Assembly: GCA_964016885.1 (NCBI GenBank)
Contig: OZ024742.1
Location: 72,230,001-72,294,000, forward strand
Direction: 5' to 3'
DNA from: Eledone cirrhosa
Lineage: Eukaryota
DNA length: 64,000 nucleotides
Under the pieces are notes generated by a model. That model was not told the origin of the DNA. It ran no database searches and worked only from the letters and a program-made list of their open reading frames with translations. Shown one piece after another: positions 13,207-25,290 of this stretch; the first letter of the stretch is position 1, and each line of letters begins with the position of its first letter. A program made the position numbers and the translations under genes.

Positions 13207-15123
13207 CATCATCATCATCATTGTTTAACGTCTATCTTCCACGCTAGCATGGGTTTAGACGGGAATTGTCCTACTTGAAGCAAGATTGGTCGGGTGACCA
13301 TGTCTCGCTTGTATAGGACTGGCTGGCAGGTTTTCTACGGTTGGATGCCCTTCCTAACACCAACCACGTTGACAGTGTGGACTGGGAGGTTTTTACCATG
13401 TTACCTACATCGCCACATTACAGCGTTGACTGTGTTTTTTTTTGTTGTGACACCTACAATACCTCATTTATTTTGGACATAACTTTACAGAGAAAGGGTA
13501 GTGTTGGTGGGGGTGGGGTGGAGTAGGGGTAGTGGGATGGGGTGTATATTTGGTTAAGAGGTGCCTACTGACTGTAGGTTTCGCTTTGTACATAGGCAAG
13601 ACGGGTCTTCTGTATTACTGCGTGGCGCCAAAGCACTCGGTCCAGTGACATTGTCTTAGAGAGGTGTAAGTGTGTAAGGTCGGAATTTATCAAATCGTCC
13701 CAGGTTTTTCTTGGTCTACCTACTCCGTAACTTCCATCAATTTTGATCGCCCTGCACTTTTTTTATACAACTGTCGTCTTTCATGTGCATCACGTGACCA
13801 TACCAACGTAGTCTTCTTTCGAGTAAACAGCATCTGATCTCTCTTATTGCTAACTTCTCACTTAGTTCAATTATGTTTTGCCGTTCGCGTATATTACTAT
13901 TACACATCCAACGGAGCATGGATGCTTTGTTCCTCTCCAGTCTGCGCAGATCCTCTGCACACAAAGCCCAGGTCTCACTGCCATGTAACATTGCTGTTTG
14001 TAAACAGGCATCATACAATCTGCCTTTCATTTTTAGGGAGAAACTTTTAGTGGCCAATAAGCTCTCTGAACTTTTTTCATCCTGTTCTGACTCTAGCTAC
14101 TGTACTTTCAGAAGACTCTCCACCACTGCTGATTTTGTCACCTAGGTAATGGAAAGTGTCCACTATTTCTATAGAACCAACTGGGCAATAGAAGGAGCTA
14201 GTATCCTGTGGGTACTTGCTACTTATTGCACCTGAGCATCGGCCACATATAAAATCTATATTCTTAGTTATCTTACCTGTGATCCCACTACATCTTTTAT
14301 GTACCCATAGTTTGCATTTGGGACATAATATGGAATTTCTGCCTACTCCTTTCCTACACACTGAGCATGGCCATTTCCCAGAGGGTACCTGTACCCTATT
14401 TTCCGTTCTACATATTAGAACTTTAGTCTTAGACAAGTTAACTTTAAGGCCTTTTGATTCTAGGCCATGCTTCCATGTTTGGAATTTCTTCTCTAGTTCA
14501 GCCATAGATTCAACTATGAGCGTTAGATCATCTGCGTATAGAAGTCCCCATGGGCAGCTGGTCTTGAACTCCTCTGTTATAGCCTGAATGGCAATAATAA
14601 ATAGGAGGGGGCTAAGGAGAGAGCCTTGATGAACATCAACTTGTACGCTAAATTCTTCACTATATTCGCTGTTAATTCTAACCTTACTGACTGTTTCTTT
14701 TTACATGGCTTGTATAGCTCTCACAAGCCATTCATCAACACCTAGTTTTCTAAGAGCCCACCAGATAATGGAGTGGGAGGACTCTGTCAAAGGTTTTCTC
14801 CAAGTCAAAAAAAGCTAAGTATAGGGGTTTACTTTTGGCTAGGTACTTCTCCTGTAGTTGTCGTACAAGGAAAAGAGCGTCCGTGGTACTTTTACCTGAC
14901 ACAAACCCAAACTGCATTTCATTTAGATCAATTTTCTCTCTGATTAGTTGCGCTATAACTCTTTCTGTGACCTTCATGATCTGGTCAATCAATTTAATGT
15001 CTCTATAGTTTCCCCTATCTAGGGCATCTCCTTTACCCTTGTAGCAGTTAATAATGATGCTGCTATGCCAGTCATTTGGTATGACCCCATTCTGTATGAC
15101 TTGGTTTACTATCTGGGTGACCA
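13207..15123 (-). mobile_element. RTE LINE 3' portion (RT with inserted C4HC3 zinc finger, 3' UTR, (ATG)n tail)
   Basis: ORFs 14750-15175, 14077-14505 and 13737-14057 carry RTE RT motifs. Same family as 540-3420. Confidence 0.9.
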
Positions 15124-15127
15124 TATA

Positions 15128-16690
15128 CATCATCATCATCATCATTATTTTACATCCGCTCTTCCCTGCTTGCAAGGGTGGGACGGGTCTTATTCAGCAC
15201 AACATCTCTCCACTTGTCACGGTCCTTCGTCATCTCCACCATGAGCTTCAGCGATCTGAGATCTGTTTTCACCACCTCCGCCCATGTTTTTCGTGGTCTA
15301 CCTCTACCACGCCTTCCTTCAACTGGCATTTCCTGGCACTTCTTCACCCATCGGTCATCCTCCATGCGCATCACATGTCAATACCACCTCAGTCTCCTCT
15401 CCCGTACACTACATTCTATCCCTCTCAGACACAGTTTCTCTCTCAACACATTCATGCTGGGTCGTTCACGCACATTGACACTGCACATCCAACGGAGCAT
15501 GCTTGCCTCATTTCTCTCCAGCCGTCGCATATCCTCTGCAGTTGCTGCCCATGTCTCACTACTATGGAACATCGCGCTCCTCACACAGGCATCATATAAC
15601 CGGTCTTTCGTACACAGGTAGAAACCCTTCTTCATCAGCAGAGGAAGCAGCTCCCTAAACTTCTTCCAACCCGTCATTATTCTAGATACTATGGCCTCGG
15701 AACACCCCCCTCCCATGCTAATCTGATCTCCTAGGTACCGGAAGCTATCCACCACTTCTATAGCACCCGCCTGCATTTGAAAAATGTGTCTATCAATGCG
15801 ACTTCTACTGTCTAATTTCCCTGTACATCTACTGCATACATATTTCTCCCTACCTGTTAGTTTGCCTGCTATCCCGCTACATCTCTTGTGTACCCAGGAT
15901 CTGCATTGTGTGCATTTTATAGAAGTTATGCCAGTTCCTTTTCTGCATATCGAACATGGCCATTTCCCCGACGGAATCAAAGTTTTGTCCTCTTTTCTAC
16001 TCATCAACACTTTTGTGCTAGCTAGGTTCACTCTCAGTCCTCTTGCTTCCAACTGCTGATTCCATAGCCAGAATTTATTCTTTAGCTCCTCTACTGATTC
16101 TGCTATAAGAACCAGATCGTCAGCATAGAGAAGTTCCCATGGACAGCCAGTCTTAAACTCCCCTGTTATGGCTTGGAGGACTATAATGAACAAGAGCGGG
16201 CTGAGGACCGAACCTTGATGTACTCCTACTTGTAATTGGAATTCCTTACTAAACTCCATTCCTACCCTGACTTTACTGACAGCACCTCTAGGTCAACAAA
16301 GGCTAAGTATAGTGACTTATTTTTCTCTAAGAACCTCTCTTGCAATTGTCTCACCAAGAAGAGGGCATCTGTTGTACTCTTCCCAGACACAAAACCAAAC
16401 TGCATCTCATCTAGTTTGACCCTTTCTTTAATTAGTTGTGCTAATATCCTTTCTGCCACTTTCATAACCTGATCCATCAGTTTTATACCCCTATAATTGC
16501 TCCTCTCCAGAGCATCCCCTTTACTTTGTAGCAATTTATGAGAATACTGCTGCACCAGTCTTTGGGTATGACACCACCATATATAGCCTGATTGATGATG
16601 CGTGCAACCAATTTAGTGCCTACGTCCCCCGATGCCTTCAGCATCTCAGCAACTATTCCTGATGCTCCAGCAGCCTTACCATTTTTCATT
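15128..16690 (-). mobile_element. Second RTE subfamily copy (RT + zinc finger)
   Basis: GVHQGSVLSPLLF, LYADD, CSIC..CTQC..H..C..CSRC, FRYLG, RRLRWY; (ATG)n tail at 15128-15145. Confidence 0.9.
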
Positions 16691-16715
16691 TCCTTATACA
16701 TATATATATATATAT

Positions 16716-17435
16716 AAATGGAAAAGAATGAAATGAAATTTCATTTCTCACTCTTAGTACGGCTGATAAATATAAGTATGTATACGTACATACATATATG
16801 TATACAGACATACAGTAGTATGTATATATATACATACATGCACACATATATATATGTACGTATGGGTTTACCAAACATTTATTATAATGTTCGCTTTGTT
16901 TGTAAACAAACAGCCCGAATTAAGCCGTACAGTGTTTGGCAACCATCGTCGCCCTTTTGTTCAACACTGACAAAAGAACGATGAACTAGTTTCAAGCTTA
17001 TTAGCTATCGTCAGCATCATATACCTTCCTATCAGATGATTGAACGTTTGAAAGTATATACTTTCCTTATGCATATTAACGGCTGAGCAGCCTAATTTGC
17101 ATATCGAGTGAGTTAGTCAGCCGGGCATACCGAAAACGATAAATGGAAAAGAATGAAATGAAATTTCATTTCTCACTCTTAGTACGGCTGATACTTAAAT
17201 ATAAGTATGTATACGTACATACATATATGTACACAGACGTACAGTAGTATGTATATATATATACATATATGCACACATATATATATGTACGTATGGGTTT
17301 ACCGAACATTTATTATAATGTTCGGTTTGTTTGTAAACAAACAGCCCGAATTAAGCCGTACAGTGTTCGGTAACCATCGTCACCCTTTTGTTCAACACTG
17401 ACGATAGCTAATAAGCTTGAAACTAGTTAATCGTT
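16716..17435 (-). ncRNA. Dispersed ~1.6-monomer copy of the 428-bp hammerhead repeat, ending in an inverted core fragment
   Basis: Same monomer as 31558-42304. Hammerhead core on - at 16978-17020 (AUGAUG-CUGACGA-..-GAAA-CUA-GUU-CAUCGU). Inverted core piece on + at ~17398-17435. Confidence 0.8.
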
Positions 17436-19420
17436 CCAACGGAGCGCGCAAGCTTCATTTCTTTCCAATCTACGCAAGTCTTCTGCACACAGTGCCCAGG
17501 TCTTACTATCATGCAACATTGCGGGTTGTGTGCACGCATCATACAGTCTGCCTTTCATTTTGAGGAAGAAGCCTTTTGTAGCTAACAGTGCTTGTAGCTC
17601 TCTGAACTTCTTCCATCCCATTCTCACTCTGGCTACTGTACTTTCAGAACACCCACCTCTGCTGCTAATTTGGTCACCCAGGTAGCAGAATCTGTCTACT
17701 GCAACTACTGAACCTTCTTGGAATTTGATAGCTCTTGTTTCCTGTGGTTGTTTGCTGCTTACTGCCCCGGTGCGGTGGCTTCATGTAAAACCTATATTTT
17801 TAGCTAAACTACCTGAGATCCCACTACATCTCTTGTGCACCCGTAGTTTGCATTTGGGACAGAGGATAGAATTTCTACCTACACCTTTCCTACACACCGA
17901 GCAAGGCCATCTTCCTGAGGGGATCAGGGCTCTGTATTCCCTTCTACTTACTAGGAACTTATTCTTTGTCTGGTTGACTTTAAGACCCTTTGTTTCTAGG
18001 CCATGCTTCCAGGTTGGAATTTCTTCTCTAATTCTACCATAGACTCAGCTATGAGTGTAAGATCATCCACGTACAGAAGTTTCCATGGGTAGCCGGTCTT
18101 AAACTCCTTTGTATTAGAATCCTAACTTTGCTGACTGCTCCCCTCTACATGGTTTGTACAGCCTTCACAAGCCACTCATCTACTTCTCATTTTCTTAGAG
18201 CCCACCAGATTATGGCATGGGGGACTAATTCCAGGTAGAACATCTTACTTTTAACTAGGTACTTCTCCTGTAGCTGCTTCACCAGAAAGAGAGCATCTGT
18301 TGTGCTTTTACCTGGCACAAATCCAAACGGCATCTCATCTAAATTTACCTGGTACCTAATCAGCTGTTATTTTCATGACCTGGTCCATCAACTTGATGCC
18401 TCTATAGTTTCCTCTATCTAGTGCATCTCCTTTGCACTTGTAGCAGTTGACAAAGATGCTGCTGCGCCAATCATTCAGTTTGACACCATTTGGTTAACAA
18501 GACGTGTGGTTAAGGTGTGACCCACTGACCCAGATGCTTTCAGCATCTTGGCTACTATCCCCAATGGAGTAGCTACTACACTGTTGCTGACTTGTACGGT
18601 TGGGCCCTCTGTAGGGTCCACTTGGGGTAGGGTCTCTTTCTTCCATGCATTCTGTTCATCATCATCATTTAACGTCCATCTTCCACGCTGTTATCTTTCA
18701 CAATGGCTCTTCCATGTTACTTTCTTTTCAGCATCTGTGAGGGCAAGTACACCTTTATCATCACAGACTCACTTCTTACCAATGACATCACAATTTTCCC
18801 TAACGCACTGCCTCACAATCCTGAACACCTCATGTTTCTGGTCTTCATGATGCAAAGCATGCTTGAATTTTTTATCTTCTGCTTTCCTCCTTACTAAGTA
18901 TACTTGTTGTCTAGCTTCCCTCTGGCGTCTATATAGTGTACCCTGCTTCCCACATTCTTCCATTTTTTCAATGCTTGTCTCTTGGCCTTAATTTTCTCAT
19001 CTACCTTACTGTTCTACCACCAAGTCGCTCTCCTTCTCTCTATAGTCCTGCTCCATCCACAGATCTCATCTGTCACTTTCAGTAGATTATCTTTTGGGAA
19101 CTCCAAATGCTCTTCTATATTGAACATCTCAATCCGTTTTTCCTTATAGGCACCGAGAAAAATCTCTCTAAATTTGTTACTGGCTGAGGGCTCTTTCAAC
19201 ATCCATTTCCTTCTCATCCACGTTGCCCTCTGTCTCCAAGTTCATCTAGCTCTGATAATGAAGTCTACTAGGTTATGTTGGGAAGTGCATTCCTCTCCAG
19301 GGAAGGATTTTGTGTTTACCACCGTCACTCTATCTTGTTCTCTGGTAAGGATAAAATCTATCTGACAAACATGTTCACTAGATCTACAGGTGATCAGTTG
19401 ATTGTTGAGTTTTTTGAAGT
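17436..19420 (-). mobile_element. Degenerate RTE LINE (APE end to RT)
   Basis: NFKKLNNQLITCRS..QIDFIL, GWKKFRELQALL and a zinc-finger remnant; many disablements. Confidence 0.8.
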
Positions 19421-20313
19421 TTGTGAAGCAAATACATTTCATATCACATATTAAACCACTGCATGTAGGGACATCCCTACATGCAGTGGTTTAATATGTG
19501 ATATGAAATGTATTTGCTTTTGCTGTTTACCCCATGTCATCCTTGATCAAACAAATCCATGATCAAAGATATTCCAATCTTTTTGTATTTCTACCATTGT
19601 TCTTTGTGCCCTTCTTTTTTAAAGATGGTAGAGTGTGATTTGGAATAAGCATATCATCTAAAAGTTTTCTAAAACTATTTGTATATATATATATATATAT
19701 ATATATATACAAATATATATATATTCTGTGACGCCAGTGATCTATAGATATGTAACACAAACTTCAAAAAACTCAACAATCAACTGATCACCTGTAGATC
19801 TGGTGAACATGTTTGTCAGATAGATTTTATCCTTACCAGAGAACAAGATAGTGTGACAGTGGTAAACACAAAATCCTTCCCTGGAGAGGAATGCACTTCC
19901 CAACATAACCTAGTAGTAATGTTGGTCCTCCTAAACCTCAAATATTTGAAGTGTTTGATCTGCAGTTGTATCCAAATATTAAACTTCTTACATACGTACA
20001 GTTGGTTTGCTAAGAGTTGATCTGGTGATGATCATAATCATCACTATTTTACATCTTTTTTCTGTGCTGGCATAGGTCAAACGGGTTGTCATATTCTGAG
20101 ATTTGACATGTCAGATGACTACGTCTTGTTCATACATTTTATTTTGGCATGGTTTCTACTGAAACATGCTCTTCCTAATGCCAACCACTTTACAATGTGT
20201 ATTGGGTTAATATTATTTTGGTGCCATCAACAACAACAATAATAAAAAAACAACAGAAACCAAAACAACAAAAATAACGAGTTACATAGACAGATGTAAT
20301 TATTAGCCCTTAC

Positions 20314-20436
20314 CTGGTATATTTGTTTTAAGTTTTCCTGAAAGACATGATCCTGTGACTGGATTGCAAACCTCAGAACTATTGCGACAATTACATGGTT
20401 GACTGCAATCTTTACCAAACCAATAATTAGCGCATC
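20314..20436 (-). CDS. Host gene exon: EGF/laminin-EGF-like (MEGF10/SREC-type) module
   Basis: Acceptor ttcactctag and donor GTAAGG; 123 nt, phase 1-1. Encodes (R)CANYWFGKDCSQPCNCRNSSEVCNPVTGSCLSGKLKTNIP. The ORF track lists a different frame here. Confidence 0.85.
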
Positions 20437-20954
20437 CTAGAGTGAATAAAAAAGAAATATTCAGAAAAGAGATTGAATACATCAGTTAGAGTGATGAAAG
20501 AGGAAATTATGGTTTTATACATTTTACTTGTAGTTGATGGTGTGAGATTTATGGTATTGCTAGGATCCTCTCATCCTGGCTAATGCATGTAACATTATTT
20601 TGGGTGGTTAATTTAATCTTTTGTTCAATTTAACACCAGTAATTGGTCCTTGAGTATCTTTAGCAAGGTCTACTCTATTTCAATCATTCATGCCAGGTCA
20701 CTGGTTTAAGAATACTATCCTTTCTCTTACCAATGATGGAGGCTCTAAAAAGAACCATGGGAACTGCTTTCTCCTCTCTGATTAAACAATAAAACACATC
20801 TACCTTTTGGTGTTTTTCTGTCCTGGGTATCTTTTCATTGCTTCCAGCTAAGGGTCTCTAGCCACCTGTTTATATTTCTTCATGATTTTATGATAAAATG
20901 TTAACATGATGTTCATACATGCCTGTCTTTCTATTCTTTCTTCTCTCACATTTT

Positions 20955-20992
20955 ATCTTCTGGTGAAGGACAAATGTCTGAAACGTTAAGAT
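20955..20992 (+). ncRNA. Degenerate minimal hammerhead in a Penelope-like terminal fragment
   Basis: ATCTT-CTGGTGA-A-GGAC-AAAT-GTCT-GAAA-CGTT-AAGAT; core A6 is mutated to G. Same family as 53383-53418. Confidence 0.5.
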
Positions 20993-21369
20993 GCTTTCCC
21001 TACTCTATCAAGCATTAATCTAATATATATCATCATTAACCCATGCAAACATTTTTCTTGTATGCACTTATAATTATAGTTTAATGCATAGTTCACTGGT
21101 TCTCTTTGAACATGGCTGCGACTGTGGCTCCTGAGACCAGATTTGTTCAAGCAAATTTTTCCATTCAGGGCACTTCAATTCAATGGAGACACTGATCATT
21201 TCGAGAGATACACCAGGGCATTGCTTATGCACATCCCATTTGAACTTCTCATGCTCTATGCGTCTGTCCTCAAAATTATGGACCCCATCATTTACCATTT
21301 CATGCCAAGTTTCTCTTTCAAGAGCTTCTATCTCTCAGTCAGCCATCATCAAACCAGTTTTTTTTAATG

Positions 21370-23480
21370 AGTCCTTCACACAATCCTTAATCGGAGCCTT
21401 GGCTTGTGAGGTGGTCTCATACACCCCCAAAGCTCGCCATACAGAAGTTGTTTTGGGATTCGATAATCCACCATTCTGCAGAGGTGTCCGGTCCATCGCA
21501 AACGCTGTTGGAGGATGATACTCTCAATGCTCCGACACTCACTTCTCTCAAGGACCTCAACATCACTCACATGCATCTGCCACTTGATACCAAGCATCTT
21601 TCTGAGACACTGCTGGTGAAACCGTTCCAGTCTATGGATATGCCCTTTGTAGGCTACCCATGCCTCACACACATACAGCAAAGCTGACAGTACACATGCA
21701 GCATACACTCTCTCCTTGGTCCTCATTGTGATTCCTTGCCTGCACCAAAGATGGTCACTGAGCCTTCCAAATGACTCACTTGCCTTACTAACACGTAGAC
21801 CAACTTCTACATCCAGAGAGCAGGTCATACTCCACAAATACACATGTGTCAGCAGCCTTCTGCTTTTGACCGTATACATATATAGCGGGTTCATTGAAAA
21901 CTTTATCCGGGGCAGGTTGGTACATGATAACAGTCTTCTTCTGATTGATTGTCAGTCCCAAAGCACTGCACGCATTGGAAAAAGAATTCATAAGGTGTTG
22001 CATGTCACTCTAGGAGTGTGCAAAGAGATCACAATCATCTGCATACAGAAATTCTCTGATCAAGGTACTCAGTACCTTAGTGTTGGCAGTGAGACACCTG
22101 AGGTTAAACAGCTTGCCGGAAGTGCGATATCCGAGATAGATGCCGTGTTGACAATCCTTGAAGGCCATGAAGACACCATTGTGAAATACAAGACAAACAA
22201 AGTTGGTGCAGGTATATCACCTTGCTTGACACCACTTTCAACCGAGATTGGCTCAGACAGTTTACCTCCAATATTTACCCATGCATGTATGTCATCGTGG
22301 AAGAGTTTCAGTATGTTCACAAACTTTTCAGGACAGCCCAATCTCTCCAAAATAACCCACAAAACCTTCCGATTAATGGTGTCAATGCCTTGGTCAGATC
22401 AACAAAAACTTGGTATAAGTCCATGCGCTGCTCAATGCACTTCTCTTGAAGTTATTTGGCCGAGAAGATCATGTCAACAATGCCACTGCCATTCCTAAAG
22501 CCACATTTGGACTCGGGAAGTACCTCAACAACAATGTACTGTATCAATCTGTCCAACAAAATCCTGCATAAGATCTTCCCAGCCACAGATAGCAGTGAAA
22601 TACCTATGTAGTTGCCACAGTCATCTTTGGCTTCTTTTCTTTGTAAAGTACCACCATCAATGCATCTTTCCAGTCCTGTGGTACATCTTCATTCCAAGCA
22701 TTCACAAAGAGACCAGTGAGGCGGTTTAAGAAGTTATCACCCGCAAACTTGAAGATCTCGGCACTAAGTCCATTCATTCCAGGTGACTTGCCGCTGTTTA
22801 ATTTGGCAATGGCCTTTGCCACCTCATCAAATGAAGGGGGATCAGCCATTGCCAGCTTTGTAGGTCTGGATGGAATCGACCAGATAAATTCATCATCGAT
22901 TTCTGATGGTCTGTTGAGGAGCTCACAAAGTGGTCATGCCACCTGATCAGGATTTCCTTTGGATCTCTGAGCAATTCCTTTCCGTCCTTGGTGTGAAGTG
23001 GTGATATTTGTGGACCGGTCGGACCATACACCTCCCTGAACAGATTGTATAAGAGCTTTGTATCATGTCTATCTGAGGCTTTCTGGATTTCATCCGCCTT
23101 TTTTCTCCACCAGGTATCCTACATGGCTCTCACTCGATGTTGCACATGTGCCTTTATCTGCTTGAAGGTCTGGTCCGAACGTGTCTCACACAACAATGAT
23201 GTCAGCACTTATTGTTTCTCTTCAAGCAAGGTCTGGATCACTGCATCCTTTTCATCAAACCAGTCTTTATGCTTCTATTGGTGTGACCTAAAATTCCAGC
23301 ATTAACATCATAGACAGTTTTCTTCAATGATTCCCACATGTTTTCACATTCCATGGACTGAAGGGACTTCGACAGCTCAGCTCTGACTTCTTCTGTCTTC
23401 AGATGAGCCACGTTTAGTCTTTTTGGAAGTGCAGCCATCTTCCCCTTTACTTTGGGCTTCACAACAAATTGAAACTTGGC
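21370..23480 (-). mobile_element. RTE-BovB-like LINE, degenerate
   Basis: KSPGMNGLSAEIFK, GVKQGDIPAPTLF, RLERFHQQCLR, RLRWTGHLCRM..RIPKQLLYGEL. Confidence 0.85.
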
Positions 23481-23689
23481 GCATACATATATACATCAGT
23501 CAGTCAGTCAATCGCACATTTTGGCGTGGGAGAATATTCATTAAATTTAAGATGAATACTATTTCCGACTGTAATGCCACAACTACCAGTCGTGTTGAAT
23601 AACTGGATATTCTTCTAACTATATCCACTCAAGACACCATTTATTCGAATTCGTAGAGATATCTGACTAAATACATAATTCATTTTACA

Positions 23690-25246
23690 AGGATTTGCTA
23701 CAAACAGGATGGTTGGACACAACATCAACAAGAACAATTTGCCGAACACAAGGAATGAAAACAATTTACTGGAGAAAACCAATGAGGAAGGTAAACAAAA
23801 TTTATTCAGTGGTAGTTACAGAAGAAACCGAAATTATAAATCGCATTTTTCTTGGAGTTGCGAACTTAATGATGATTTGTTTAATTGTTATAAAATGGCG
23901 AAAAAAAATCCCTCCGTTGGCTATATGAATAGTATGAAGCCACACTGGGACGAAATACATCCAGAGCTAAATCACTTCACTGCCAAACAATTACGCCAAC
24001 AAGCGACGTTTGTTGAACGTAAAAATAAGATAAATATTATTAATTGTAAGTCTGCCAGAACAAACATGGAATCAACAATACGTGCTACAGGTCACCATGC
24101 TACTAGACTTCCTAGCAGCCAGGTCGAACAGTGCTTTGAAACAACTATGCCCGTAAGAAATTTGACACCACGTGTACCATCTGAGTCTGTCTCGACTTTT
24201 TCAAAAGTATAAACAATTGAAATTTTCTCTCAACGAAATCTTCCAGAGAGAAATTAATTCATGTATAAACATTTCTCTTGCTGAACAAAACAACAATACT
24301 AAATAAAATGCAACTAAATAATGAAATCTTACGCGCTATTGACGAAATAGGAGATGAATATTTACGACGGATTAAAACCCACATTTTGGCAAATCAATGC
24401 CTGTTTATATGCCCTAGCAACGACAGTGAAGCATTGTCTTGGTGACAGCAGAGATATTAACAAGAACAAAACACCACAAAAAAAACCATCATCTATATAT
24501 CTAAAACAGATAATGTCTGTCTGTCTGTCCGATCACTAAAACTCGAGAACCACCCAACCGATTGTTTTCAAACTTTACACATGTAATACTTATGATCCTG
24601 TGAGTGTTTTGAACAAAAGAATATTTCAAATTTTCAATGCCCCAGCGACCGTATTAAGCGATTTAGCGATCTCTCTATAATTCTTAGTCTGTCTTTTTAG
24701 ATAGATACATAGCTACGACGTTGCGCCCTTATAATTATTTCTACTTTTGGTACAAGGCCAGCAATTATCCCAGTGTATTACTGGTACTTTATTTTATCGA
24801 CCCCGTAAGGATGAAAGGCAAAGTTAACCGCGCCCTTATAATATCTGTCTGGCTGTCTGCATTACGACATTATGACGCTATCTGTGTGTGTGTGTGTATA
24901 TGTATATATATATAATGTGTGTATATATATATATATACTGTGTAACGTTTTTCGAAATATTTACTTCTGCGTTCACAGATTGATATTTTTAGTTTCAGAA
25001 GATCCCGTTAAGGGTGAAAGCAGCGATTCTTTGCTTAAACTTTAATCTGTTATTTTAATATATATATATATATATTAATATAGATGAGATTCTACAGGTC
25101 TAGAACGGTTTCATTCTTTAGAAATCATCAGGAATCTGGCTATATTAAAACTGTAGAATCTCATCTATATTAACACTTTTATACTCTGCTATGTATTGAG
25201 TACCTTACTTACCGTGGTTACATCCGATTCAACCCGGAATAACTTA

Positions 25247-25290
<44 letters not shown>

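Noticed and set aside
17398-17435. Inverted fragment appearing to end exactly at the ribozyme cleavage site
   Set aside because: The match to the monomer continues ~8 nt past GUU (aatcgttc vs catcgttc), so the end is not precise.
20227-20418. 63-aa ORF from the track
   Set aside because: Wrong frame; the Cys-rich EGF exon in another frame explains the region.
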